Assembly (NCBI GenBank): GCA_045599885.1
Contig: JAZRWU010000185.1
Span: 1-35,718, forward strand
Reading direction: 5' to 3'
Length of the DNA stretch: 35,718 nt
From: Bacteroidales bacterium
GTDB lineage: Bacteria > Bacteroidota > Bacteroidia > Bacteroidales > UBA1402
In this document: piece by piece, positions 16,401 to 24,607 of the stretch
Layout of the letters: each line of letters starts with the position of its first letter
How positions within the stretch are numbered: the stretch's first letter is position 1
Made by a program: the position numbers and the translations under genes
The notes under the pieces: model-generated
What the model was told of the DNA's origin: nothing
Databases searched by the model: none
Seen by the model: only the letters and a program-made list of their open reading frames with translations

Positions 16401-16524
16401 CTATATATAGCCGGATGTCGGTCCTATCAAAAAAATATCGTGCCCTTGACGGTTTATTTGCGGCTGAGTCTTTTTTGTTTGTCCCCGCCGTTGTAATTTA
16501 GTAGCCTGTTCTTCATTATAGGCT

Positions 16525-17256
16525 ATGTATTTATTTTACGCTCCTGATATTATCGAAAACCCGGTTTTGCCCGAGGAAGAAAGTGTCCATTGTGTGCGGG
16601 TGTTGCGCCAACGCGTCGGTGATGAGATTTATGTGACTGACGGCAAGGGCTCTCTATATAAGACAAGGATTGTTTCCGATGAGGTGAAACATTGTGTGGT
16701 GGAGATTACCGACACTCAGAAGGATGATGAATCCGCTGCGAAGATTTTCATAGCGGTGGCGCCGACCAAGAATATGGACCGTATGGAATGGTTGGTGGAA
16801 AAGTTGACGGAAATCGGGGCGGACGGGATTTTTTTCCTCAACTGCCGGTTCTCGGAACGGAGAGTCATCAAGACTGAGCGCCTGAACAAAATCGCAGTCT
16901 CGGCGATGAAACAGTCGGAGCGCCATACTTTGCCGCAAATTGGAGAAATAGCTGATTATGATGCATTTCTGAAGATAATCGCGGCTTTGGAAAAGAATTC
17001 CGGCAAAACGTGGGGAAAGTTCATCTGTCATTGTTATCCGGAGACTGAAGCCGGTCCCCGCAGTCTGCTGAAAACGGTTGCCGCGCCGGATTGTCCGCAA
17101 TTGGTGCTGATTGGCCCGGAAGGGGATTTCAGCCTTCAGGAAGTCGAGACTGCGCAGGCTCAAGGCTATGAGGCTGTCAGTTTGGGCGATATGCGGCTCC
17201 GTACTGAAACGGCCGCTTTGGTCGCAGCATTGACATTGAAACTGAAAAACATGTAA
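16525..17256 (+). CDS. rsmE: 16S rRNA (uracil1498-N3)-methyltransferase
   Basis: 243 aa. N-terminal PUA-like segment MYLFYAP...HCVRVLRQRVGDEIYVTDGKG and the C-terminal SPOUT motif LIGPEGDFSLQE are typical of RsmE. Confidence 0.85.
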   Translation: MYLFYAPDIIENPVLPEEESVHCVRVLRQRVGDEIYVTDGKGSLYKTRIVSDEVKHCVVEITDTQKDDESAAKIFIAVAPTKNMDRMEWLVEKLTEIGADGIFFLNCRFSERRVIKTERLNKIAVSAMKQSERHTLPQIGEIADYDAFLKIIAALEKNSGKTWGKFICHCYPETEAGPRSLLKTVAAPDCPQLVLIGPEGDFSLQEVETAQAQGYEAVSLGDMRLRTETAALVAALTLKLKNM

Positions 17257-17279
17257 GATCTTAAATTCAACTTCCAAGT

Positions 17280-19391
17280 ATGGACGAAAATCTGGCATTG
17301 GTTCAGAATTATTTGAATCGTACAGGAGAGCATATTTTTCTTACCGGCCGGGCAGGTACCGGAAAAACCACCTTTTTACGCAATTTCAGAGAACAGTCCT
17401 GGAAACGGATGGTGGTCCTTGCTCCGACGGGAGTGGCTGCTGTCAATGCCGGTGGAATGACCATTCATTCCTTCTTTCAGATGCCTTTTGGTCCGTACTT
17501 GGGAAAATTGTCCAATCACGGTTCCGACAGTTATTTTAAAATCCGCAAAGAACGTATCAAGCTGATCCGCAGTCTCGATTTATTGGTAATTGACGAAATC
17601 AGTATGGTCAGGGCAGATCTGTTGGATGCGGTGGACGATATGCTCAGGCATTACCGACGCAGCAATCAGTCTTTTGGCGGACTTCAGCTGCTGATGATAG
17701 GAGACGTGCATCAATTGGCGCCGGTGGCCAGGGATGAGGAATGGACTCTTCTCAAAGAAGTGTATGATTCGCCTTATTTTTTCAGCAGCCGGGCTTTGCA
17801 CAATACCACGTATCGTACTATTTCGCTGACACATGTCTTCCGTCAGACCGACCGGCGTTTTCTGGAATTGCTGAATGCGGTACGTGACAACTGCCTCCAT
17901 CCGGAGATGCTGGAAAAACTCAACGAACGCTATGTCCCCAACTGCGATTCCGGAAAATATGAGGGCTATATCACACTGACGACGCATAATGCCCAAGCCA
18001 ACGCTATCAATCAGGGGCGGCTGCAGACTTTGGATTCTCCAGAATTCTGTTATTCTGCTGAGACATCCGGCATCTTCCCCGAGAATTCATATCCCACGTC
18101 TAAAGAATTGCTTTTGAAAGAAGGAGCTCAGGTGATGTTCGTCAAGAACGATTCCACGGGCCAGCAGCGGTACTACAATGGCAAATTGGCCACCGTGACG
18201 GAAGTGAGCGCGAAAAACATTCAGGTCCGTCTGGAGGGTTCGGGCGATTTGATTGACGTCGGTTTGGAAGAATGGAGCAATACACGTTATGAAATCGATG
18301 AGAAAACGGGTGAGATCGTAGAATATACGGAAGGCATTTTCCGTCAGTATCCCTTGAAACTCGCTTGGGCGATAACAGTCCATAAAAGTCAGGGCCTGAC
18401 ATTCGACCGGGTGATTCTGGATATTGCTGAGGCTTTTGCTCATGGACAGGTCTATGTCGCTTTGAGCCGTTGCCGTTCCTTGGAAGGAATCATCTTGCGT
18501 ACCCCCTTGAGGATGAATGCCATCAAAACCGATAAATGGATCAGCCGTTTCAATCAGACGGTGGAGAATCAGCGTCCGACGGAAGAGGATCTGAAATCTG
18601 CCGAAAAAGAATATTTCCTCAACTTGGTAAGCGAGTTGTTTGATTTCCAAAATATTCTGGGAGACTTACGCCGTCTTCGCTATATATGCGACGAGTATTG
18701 CATGGAGTCTTATCCCAATTATTGTTCTGCAGTTTCAAAAGCTTCTGTCCGTTGTTTCTCCGATATGGCGGAAGTGGGAATCCGCTTCCAAGGTCAATTG
18801 CAACGTATGGCTGCGGAATCTGAAAACGCAGAGCGGGATGCTTCTATTCAGGAGCGGATCAGGAAAGCGGCCACCTATTTTATCGCTCAGATGGAGGATT
18901 GGCTGATGCCACTTGTCGAAGAGACGCCGCCGACGATAGACAATGCTTCCGTATCCAAGCAGTTGACAGATGCTTTTGTGCGGTTTTCGCAGTCAGTCAG
19001 AGAAAAACATCATCTTCTCACCGCCTCGAAAGAGTCATTTGCGGTGGATGAATATTTGCGAGCCCGTACCGAATATGTCATTCGCGAAGACAAAACGCCG
19101 GTAAAAAAGAAGCGTATATTGATTCCTGAGGACATCGAACGGGTGGAATTATACGAGCAGCTGGTGGCGTGGAGGGCTCAGACGGCCAAAGAAAAAGCCA
19201 TTCCGGCTTATACGGTGCTGACTCAGAAAGCCTTGATTGCCTTGTGCAAAAAACCTGCGCGTTCGATTGTGGAATTGAGTCTGGTCAAGGGTATCGGCAT
19301 CAAAACCATTCAGAAATATGGAAGTGAACTGATGGAAATCATTCAGGAATTTGTGGAACCGGGAAAGGTGCAACTTCGTATTCCGGAATGA
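17280..19391 (+). CDS. Pif1/RecD-like SF1B DNA helicase with a C-terminal HRDC-like domain
   Basis: 703 aa. Walker A FLTGRAGTGKTTFL, Walker B LLVIDEISMV, and the motif AITVHKSQGLTFDRV. The last ~70 aa (LYEQLVAWRAQTAKEKAIPAYTVLTQKALIALCKKPARSIVELSLVKGIGIKTIQKYG) resemble the RecQ HRDC pattern. Confidence 0.8.
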   Translation: MDENLALVQNYLNRTGEHIFLTGRAGTGKTTFLRNFREQSWKRMVVLAPTGVAAVNAGGMTIHSFFQMPFGPYLGKLSNHGSDSYFKIRKERIKLIRSLDLLVIDEISMVRADLLDAVDDMLRHYRRSNQSFGGLQLLMIGDVHQLAPVARDEEWTLLKEVYDSPYFFSSRALHNTTYRTISLTHVFRQTDRRFLELLNAVRDNCLHPEMLEKLNERYVPNCDSGKYEGYITLTTHNAQANAINQGRLQTLDSPEFCYSAETSGIFPENSYPTSKELLLKEGAQVMFVKNDSTGQQRYYNGKLATVTEVSAKNIQVRLEGSGDLIDVGLEEWSNTRYEIDEKTGEIVEYTEGIFRQYPLKLAWAITVHKSQGLTFDRVILDIAEAFAHGQVYVALSRCRSLEGIILRTPLRMNAIKTDKWISRFNQTVENQRPTEEDLKSAEKEYFLNLVSELFDFQNILGDLRRLRYICDEYCMESYPNYCSAVSKASVRCFSDMAEVGIRFQGQLQRMAAESENAERDASIQERIRKAATYFIAQMEDWLMPLVEETPPTIDNASVSKQLTDAFVRFSQSVREKHHLLTASKESFAVDEYLRARTEYVIREDKTPVKKKRILIPEDIERVELYEQLVAWRAQTAKEKAIPAYTVLTQKALIALCKKPARSIVELSLVKGIGIKTIQKYGSELMEIIQEFVEPGKVQLRIPE

Positions 19392-19413
19392 TGGAAGAGA
19401 GAAAGATTTTATA

Positions 19414-19421
19414 TAAGTTTG
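19414..19421 (+). promoter_or_regulatory. -7 box (TAAGTTTG) for argS
   Basis: Exact TAnnTTTG match. It ends only 4 nt before the first in-frame ATG (19426). Confidence 0.45.
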
Positions 19422-19425
19422 TGGA

Positions 19426-21246
19426 ATGATAGAAAAACCAAAAAACGATATGGATATTTCAATGATTCTGACAGATCAGATTGGCAAGTGCCTGAAGGAA
19501 CTGTATTCTTTTGAGGCTGAGAAATCGTCTGTCCAACTCCAAAAAACCAAGAAAGAATTTGAAGGTGATTTGACGCTGGTGGTATTTCCTTTTGTCAAGG
19601 CTGCCCGAAAGAAACCGGCCGACTGCGCCAATGAAATAGGAGAATGGCTGCTTGCCCATACGCCTGAAATCAAAAGTTTCAATGTGATTCAGGGCTTTCT
19701 GAATCTGAGTATTTCCTCCGATTATTGGCTGGAATGCCTTCAGTCTATGGCCGGGCAGGAACATTTTGGTTTTGTGGCGGCTACGGATAATTCTCCTTTG
19801 GTGATGATAGAGTATTCTTCGCCCAATACCAATAAGCCTTTGCACCTGGGACATGTCCGCAACAATCTTTTGGGATACAGTCTCAGCCGCATTATGGAAG
19901 CCAATGGCAATAAAGTGGTTAAAACCAACATCGTCAACGACCGTGGAATCCATATCTGCAAATCGATGCTCGCTTGGCAGAAATGGTTTGACGGCAAAAC
20001 CCCCGAGATGGCCGGCAAAAAAGGCGATCATCTTGTCGGCGACTGTTATGTGTCGTTTGACCAGCATTACAAAGCCGAAGTCAAAGTATTGATGGAAGAA
20101 AAGGGAATGTCCCAGGAAGAAGCCGAGGCCGCCTCTCCTTTAATGGCGGAGGCCCACGCTATGCTCCGTGCCTGGGAGGCTGGAGATAAAGATGTCCGTG
20201 CCTTGTGGGAGATGATGAACGGATGGGTCTATGCCGGTTTTGACGAGACTTATCACACGTTGGGAGTCAGTTTCGATAAAATTTATTATGAGTCAAATAC
20301 TTATCTTTTAGGAAAAGGCAAGGTGCTTGAGGGATTGGAAAAAGGATTGTTTTTCCGCAAGGAGGACGGATCTGTATGGGCCGATCTGACAGCTGACGGT
20401 CTTGACCAGAAAGTTCTGCTTCGCAGCGACGGCACCTCCGTTTATATGACTCAGGATATTGGGACAGCCAATCTCCGTTTTCAGGAGTATCCTATTGACA
20501 AGATGATATATGTGGTAGGAAACGAGCAGAACTATCATTTCAAAGTCTTGTCTATTCTTCTTGACCGTCTGGGTTTTGCCTGGGGTAAAGATCTGGTTCA
20601 TTTTTCGTACGGTATGGTTGAGTTGCCCGAGGGAAAAATGAAATCCCGTGAAGGAACCGTTGTCGATGCGGACGATTTGGTGGAGGAAATGGTGGCCACT
20701 TCGCGTGAGACATCGCAGGAATTGGGCAAGTTGGATTCGTGCACGCCTGAAGAGGCGGAAGCCATTGTCCGTATGGTGGGATTGGGAGCTCTCAAATATT
20801 TCATTCTCAAGGTGGATCCTCGTAAGAATATGACTTTCAACCCCAAGGAATCTATTGATTTCAACGGCAATACCGGCCCCTTCATTCAATATGCCTATGC
20901 CAGAATCCAATCGGTTCTCCGCAAAGCTTCAGAGCAGGGAATCGCATTTGACAGTCTTGCCAATGTGCATGAAAATCTGAACGACAAGGAATTGTCTTTG
21001 ATTCAGCATGCCAACGAATTCCCCTCAGTGGTCAAAGACGCGGGAGACAACTACAGCCCTGCTTTGATTGCCAATTATGTATATGACCTTGTCAAGGAAT
21101 ACAATCAGTTCTATCATGATTATTCAATCCTTCGTGAGGAGAACGAAGCCGTCAGATGTTTCCGTCTTTATCTCTCAAGACAAGTCGGCCGCATTATCCG
21201 TGACGGTATGTTCCTGCTTGGCATAGATGTTCCTGATAGAATGTAA
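19426..21246 (+). CDS. argS: arginine--tRNA ligase
   Basis: 606 aa with the class I HIGH motif in SSPNTNKPLHLGHVRN. The C-terminus ends ...VPDRM, as is typical of ArgRS. The true start may be the ATG at 19450 or 19462, because the -7 box abuts 19426. Confidence 0.92.
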   Translation: MIEKPKNDMDISMILTDQIGKCLKELYSFEAEKSSVQLQKTKKEFEGDLTLVVFPFVKAARKKPADCANEIGEWLLAHTPEIKSFNVIQGFLNLSISSDYWLECLQSMAGQEHFGFVAATDNSPLVMIEYSSPNTNKPLHLGHVRNNLLGYSLSRIMEANGNKVVKTNIVNDRGIHICKSMLAWQKWFDGKTPEMAGKKGDHLVGDCYVSFDQHYKAEVKVLMEEKGMSQEEAEAASPLMAEAHAMLRAWEAGDKDVRALWEMMNGWVYAGFDETYHTLGVSFDKIYYESNTYLLGKGKVLEGLEKGLFFRKEDGSVWADLTADGLDQKVLLRSDGTSVYMTQDIGTANLRFQEYPIDKMIYVVGNEQNYHFKVLSILLDRLGFAWGKDLVHFSYGMVELPEGKMKSREGTVVDADDLVEEMVATSRETSQELGKLDSCTPEEAEAIVRMVGLGALKYFILKVDPRKNMTFNPKESIDFNGNTGPFIQYAYARIQSVLRKASEQGIAFDSLANVHENLNDKELSLIQHANEFPSVVKDAGDNYSPALIANYVYDLVKEYNQFYHDYSILREENEAVRCFRLYLSRQVGRIIRDGMFLLGIDVPDRM

Positions 21247-21267
21247 TTTGCTAATACTTTTCTGCCT

Positions 21268-22668
21268 ATGAAAATCTCTTTCCACGGCGCGACGCAGACC
21301 GTCACGGGTTCAAAACATTTGATTACTTTGTCAAATGGCAAGAAAATTTTGTTGGATTGCGGCTTGTTCCAAGGTTTGGGCAAGGACACGATGGCCTTGA
21401 ACAAAGACTTGGGCTTCAATCCGTCGGAGGTGGATTATATGATTCTGTCTCACGCTCACGTCGATCACAGCGGATTGATTCCCAAACTCGTGAAAGACGG
21501 CTTTACCGGAAAAATCTTCATGACGGCAGCAACCAAGGACCTCACTGAGATTCTTTTGGAAGATTCCGCTCATATTCAGGCAAACGATGTCAAATATATC
21601 AACAAGCAGCGTTTTTTGGAAGGCCGTCAGCCGGAAGCCCCATTGTACACCATAGAACATGTCAAGGCGGCAGAGAAACTTTTTCAGGCAGTTCCTTATG
21701 AGATTCCTTATAAAATAGATGAGGATATCACACTTCAATTGTTTGAAAACGGCCATATTTTGGGAGCGGTAACCGTTTTTCTGACTATTAAAGAAGACGG
21801 AAAGCTCACCAGAATCGCCTTCAGCGGCGACGTGGGACGTTATGGAGATTATATTCTGAAATCTCCGGCCACATTCCCCCAAGCTGATTATATCATCATC
21901 GAATCAACTTATGGAGACCGGCTTCATGACCGTGTGGATAACAATTCGCGTCATTTGCTGGAATTGATACAGCATACATGCATTGACAAGAAAGGCAAGT
22001 TGATTATTCCGGCTTTCAGTGTCGGCAGAACGCAGGAATTGCTGTATGCGCTCAACGACTTGGAAGTGGATTACCTTTTGCCGGACGTTAAGTATTATGT
22101 TGATAGTCCACTTTCGACCGCCGCTACGGCAGTTGTCAAAAAGCATCCGGAATGTTTTAACCGTTCCGTTCAGAAATTGATGCGTCTTGATGATGATCCT
22201 TTCGATTTCAAGGGCTTGCATTATATTGAGGAAAAAAGAGAGTCGCAGGCTTTGAATTCTGACAGAATGCCATGTGTCATTATTTCCGCTTCTGGAATGG
22301 CCGAGGCAGGACGGGTCAAGCATCATATCGCCAACAATATTTCCGATCCCACGACCACCATATTGATGGTCGGTTATTGCGAACCGAATTCATTGGGTGC
22401 CCGTTTGAAAAAACATCCTGAAAAAGTCAGCATTTTCGGTGAGGAATACGAAGTGGCAGCCGAAATCGATTCGATAGAGTCAATGTCTGCCCATGCGGAT
22501 TACAATGATTTGTGTCAGTATCTTGCTTGTCAGGATGCCAATGAGGTCAAGCAGGTTTTTGTGGTTCATGGAGAGGAAAACGCTCAGGTCGCATTTGCCA
22601 ACCGTCTGGTCAAGAAAGGCTTTTTGGACGTGATTATTCCCAAGCGTCACGAAGAGTTTGGTTTGTGA
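21268..22668 (+). CDS. beta-CASP family metallo-beta-lactamase-fold nuclease (RNA-metabolising MBL)
   Basis: 466 aa with MBL motif 2 ILSHAHVDHSG. The beta-CASP-like length and the C-terminal SAHADYNDL (His motif C) fit the family. It starts 21 nt after the argS stop. Confidence 0.82.
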   Translation: MKISFHGATQTVTGSKHLITLSNGKKILLDCGLFQGLGKDTMALNKDLGFNPSEVDYMILSHAHVDHSGLIPKLVKDGFTGKIFMTAATKDLTEILLEDSAHIQANDVKYINKQRFLEGRQPEAPLYTIEHVKAAEKLFQAVPYEIPYKIDEDITLQLFENGHILGAVTVFLTIKEDGKLTRIAFSGDVGRYGDYILKSPATFPQADYIIIESTYGDRLHDRVDNNSRHLLELIQHTCIDKKGKLIIPAFSVGRTQELLYALNDLEVDYLLPDVKYYVDSPLSTAATAVVKKHPECFNRSVQKLMRLDDDPFDFKGLHYIEEKRESQALNSDRMPCVIISASGMAEAGRVKHHIANNISDPTTTILMVGYCEPNSLGARLKKHPEKVSIFGEEYEVAAEIDSIESMSAHADYNDLCQYLACQDANEVKQVFVVHGEENAQVAFANRLVKKGFLDVIIPKRHEEFGL

Positions 22669-22693
22669 GGCCGTGTATGATAAAAACAACAAA

Positions 22694-22723
22694 AGGCCGG
22701 CTGAGAAGCTGGCCTCTTGTTTT
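22694..22723. terminator. bidirectional rho-independent terminator between the convergent MBL nuclease and ferredoxin genes
   Basis: 8-bp stem aggccggc (22694-22701) pairs with gctggcct (22708-22715), with one G.U. It is followed by cTTgTTTT on the plus strand and TTTGTTGTTTTT on the minus strand. Confidence 0.65.
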
Positions 22724-22736
22724 GGAAAAATTTGCC

Positions 22737-22904
22737 TTAGACAAGCTGAATAGCCTCTGAAGGACAAGCGTCCGCACATGTACCGCATTCAACGCACATT
22801 TCCGGATCGATTTTATAGATTTCACCTTCCGAAATGGCGCCTTGAGGACATTCGTCAATGCAAGTACCACAAGCAACGCAGTTTTCACTGATAACGTATG
22901 CCAT
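22737..22904 (-). CDS. 2x[4Fe-4S] ferredoxin (55 aa)
   Basis: Below the ORF-track length cutoff. Hand translation: MAYVISENCVACGTCIDECPQGAISEGEIYKIDPEMCVECGTCADACPSEAIQLV*. It carries two complete CxxCxxCxxxCP clusters, an ATG start, a TAA stop, a promoter box upstream and a terminator downstream. Confidence 0.87.
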   Translation of the reverse strand: MAYVISENCVACGTCIDECPQGAISEGEIYKIDPEMCVECGTCADACPSEAIQLV

Positions 22905-22947
22905 AGTTGTTTGTTTTGTGGAGTGATACTCCGGTTAATAATGAGCG

Positions 22948-22955
22948 CAAAAATA
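22948..22955 (-). promoter_or_regulatory. -7 box (TATTTTTG) for the ferredoxin gene
   Basis: The reverse complement of caaaaata matches TAnnTTTG exactly. It lies 43 nt upstream of the ATG at 22904. Confidence 0.5.
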
Positions 22956-23043
22956 GTATTTTTTTCTATTCCGGCGAACTGTCGGCAATAAAACGGCGAA
23001 AAATTCGTTTTACCTTGACAGAATCCGGACGCCAATATCTGTT

Positions 23044-23763
23044 ATGCAAAAACCGTTCCAAAATAAGTGGTGGTTGTGTCTCATAATGCTGATGTGTCAG
23101 ACATTATGTATGGCTCAGCAACGCAAGCCTCAGTTTCTTCAGTATGAGGATATGCGGCCTTATCACTTTGGTTTTCTGGTCGGAATCCATACACAGGACT
23201 TTCAGATTGAGCATAGTGGCGCGGTGGATGAGAATGGTCAGATCTGGTATGGCAGTGTGCCGTCTTATACGCCGGGTTTCAGCGTCGGAGTTCTTGGCGA
23301 TTGCCGAATATGTGATTTCCTGAGTCTTCGTCTGACACCTACCATTCATTTCGGTTCCAAAACGATGTCGTTGGTCAGCGATGCGCCGGATTGTGCCATT
23401 GAGAATGTGAATATCCGCTCCAATTATATCATGCTGCCGCTTGACATCCGCTATCGTGGCGCCCGGACCAACAATTACCGCCCTTATATTCTGACGGGTG
23501 TCTGTGCGGGTCTGGATGCTGGAATCCGTCGTAAAGAGGCGGTTCAATTGCAGAAAATCAATTATTATTGGGAGTTCGGTTTCGGGTGCGACCTGTATAT
23601 GCCTTTCTTCAAATTAGTGCCTGAACTGAAATGCTGCATAGGGCTGAATGATATTTTCGAGCATGACAGACTTGATGAGAGCAGCCTGTCATTTTTGCAT
23701 TATACCAAAGCGTTCGACCGTATCACATCAAGACTGTTGGTTCTATCGTTCCAGTTCGAATAA
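23044..23763 (+). CDS. PorT/SprT-like outer-membrane beta-barrel protein (type IX secretion associated family); assignment tentative
   Basis: 239 aa with a signal peptide. The size and the pattern ...RPYHFGFLVGIHTQDF...SYTPGFSVGV...LRLTP... match my recollection of PorT-family proteins. Not verifiable without a profile search. Confidence 0.55.
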   Translation: MQKPFQNKWWLCLIMLMCQTLCMAQQRKPQFLQYEDMRPYHFGFLVGIHTQDFQIEHSGAVDENGQIWYGSVPSYTPGFSVGVLGDCRICDFLSLRLTPTIHFGSKTMSLVSDAPDCAIENVNIRSNYIMLPLDIRYRGARTNNYRPYILTGVCAGLDAGIRRKEAVQLQKINYYWEFGFGCDLYMPFFKLVPELKCCIGLNDIFEHDRLDESSLSFLHYTKAFDRITSRLLVLSFQFE

Positions 23764-23812
23764 TCCCTCATAAAAATTCATCAACTTGTTTTTTTCTGAG
23801 GAGTAAAACCAT

Positions 23813-23820
23813 TAGTTTTG
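23813..23820 (+). promoter_or_regulatory. -7 box (TAGTTTTG) for the rhomboid cluster
   Basis: Exact TAnnTTTG match 19 nt upstream of the ATG at 23840. Confidence 0.5.
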
Positions 23821-23839
23821 TCATTTCAACGCTCATAAT

Positions 23840-24607
23840 ATGTCAAACGGCCAATTTGGTAACTTTTTCAGCAGCATTCCGACGGTAACCAAGAACTTGA
23901 TAATCATCAATCTTCTTATGTGGTTGGCCTCTATGGTGTATCCCAGTCTTGAAAGTCTGCTGGGCCTTCATTTTTTCATGTCTGATTCATTCAGATTACA
24001 TCAGATTGTCACATATATGTTTATGCATGACAACAGCGGATTTGCCCATGTCTTTTGCAATATGTTCGCTGTTCTGATGTTCGGAAAAATACTCGAACAG
24101 GTATGGGGCTCAAAGCGCTTTCTGATTTTCTATATGGTGACAGGTATCGGTGCGGGGCTTGTTCAGGAACTGACTTGGTTGTGGCAGATGCAACCGTTTT
24201 TGGACTCTGTCAATCAATATCTGGCCACTGGCGAGATAGGTCAGTTGGGAAAATATTGGAACATTCATCCCGGCGATCTTTATCCGGCGGAAGAGATTCT
24301 CCGCGCGCGGGCTGACTTGTTGGGCTCTATGCTGACAGTGGGTGCGTCGGGTGCGGTGTTTGGTATTCTGTTGGGTTTCGGAATGCTTTTCCCCAATGCA
24401 CCTATTTATATTATGTTCATTCCGGTTCCCATTAAAGCAAAATGGATGGTTGTCGGTTATGGATTGATTGAGCTGTTTGGAGGCGTTGCGAATTTCTCGG
24501 GAGACAACGTCGCGCATTTCGCCCATTTGGGAGGAATGTTGTTCGGATATTTCCTGATTATGCATTGGAAAAAGAAAGGAATAGGAAATGGCTTCTTTTT
24601 GGGATAA
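23840..24607 (+). CDS. rhomboid family intramembrane serine protease (copy 1)
   Basis: 255 aa and polytopic. Catalytic GxSG in VGASGAVFGILLG, catalytic His in HFAHLGGMLFGY, and an HxxxN-like FMHDN...NMF upstream. Confidence 0.85.
   Translation: MSNGQFGNFFSSIPTVTKNLIIINLLMWLASMVYPSLESLLGLHFFMSDSFRLHQIVTYMFMHDNSGFAHVFCNMFAVLMFGKILEQVWGSKRFLIFYMVTGIGAGLVQELTWLWQMQPFLDSVNQYLATGEIGQLGKYWNIHPGDLYPAEEILRARADLLGSMLTVGASGAVFGILLGFGMLFPNAPIYIMFIPVPIKAKWMVVGYGLIELFGGVANFSGDNVAHFAHLGGMLFGYFLIMHWKKKGIGNGFFLG

Noticed and set aside
16283-16524. tRNA-Asn (and the other tRNAs) as integration sites for a genomic island
   Set aside because: No integrase, direct repeat of the tRNA 3' end, or accessory gene cargo flanks any of the four tRNAs. 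The neighbouring genes are housekeeping.
16654-17298. 214-aa minus-strand ORF inside rsmE
   Set aside because: Antisense shadow of rsmE. The product is Arg/Ser/Phe-rich with no recognisable domain.
22634-23035. 133-aa minus-strand ORF (and the 102-aa ORF at 22480-22788) across the ferredoxin locus
   Set aside because: Both run through the terminator hairpin and the promoter box. The alternative frame at 22737-22904 encodes a textbook 2x[4Fe-4S] ferredoxin, so these are out-of-frame artefacts.
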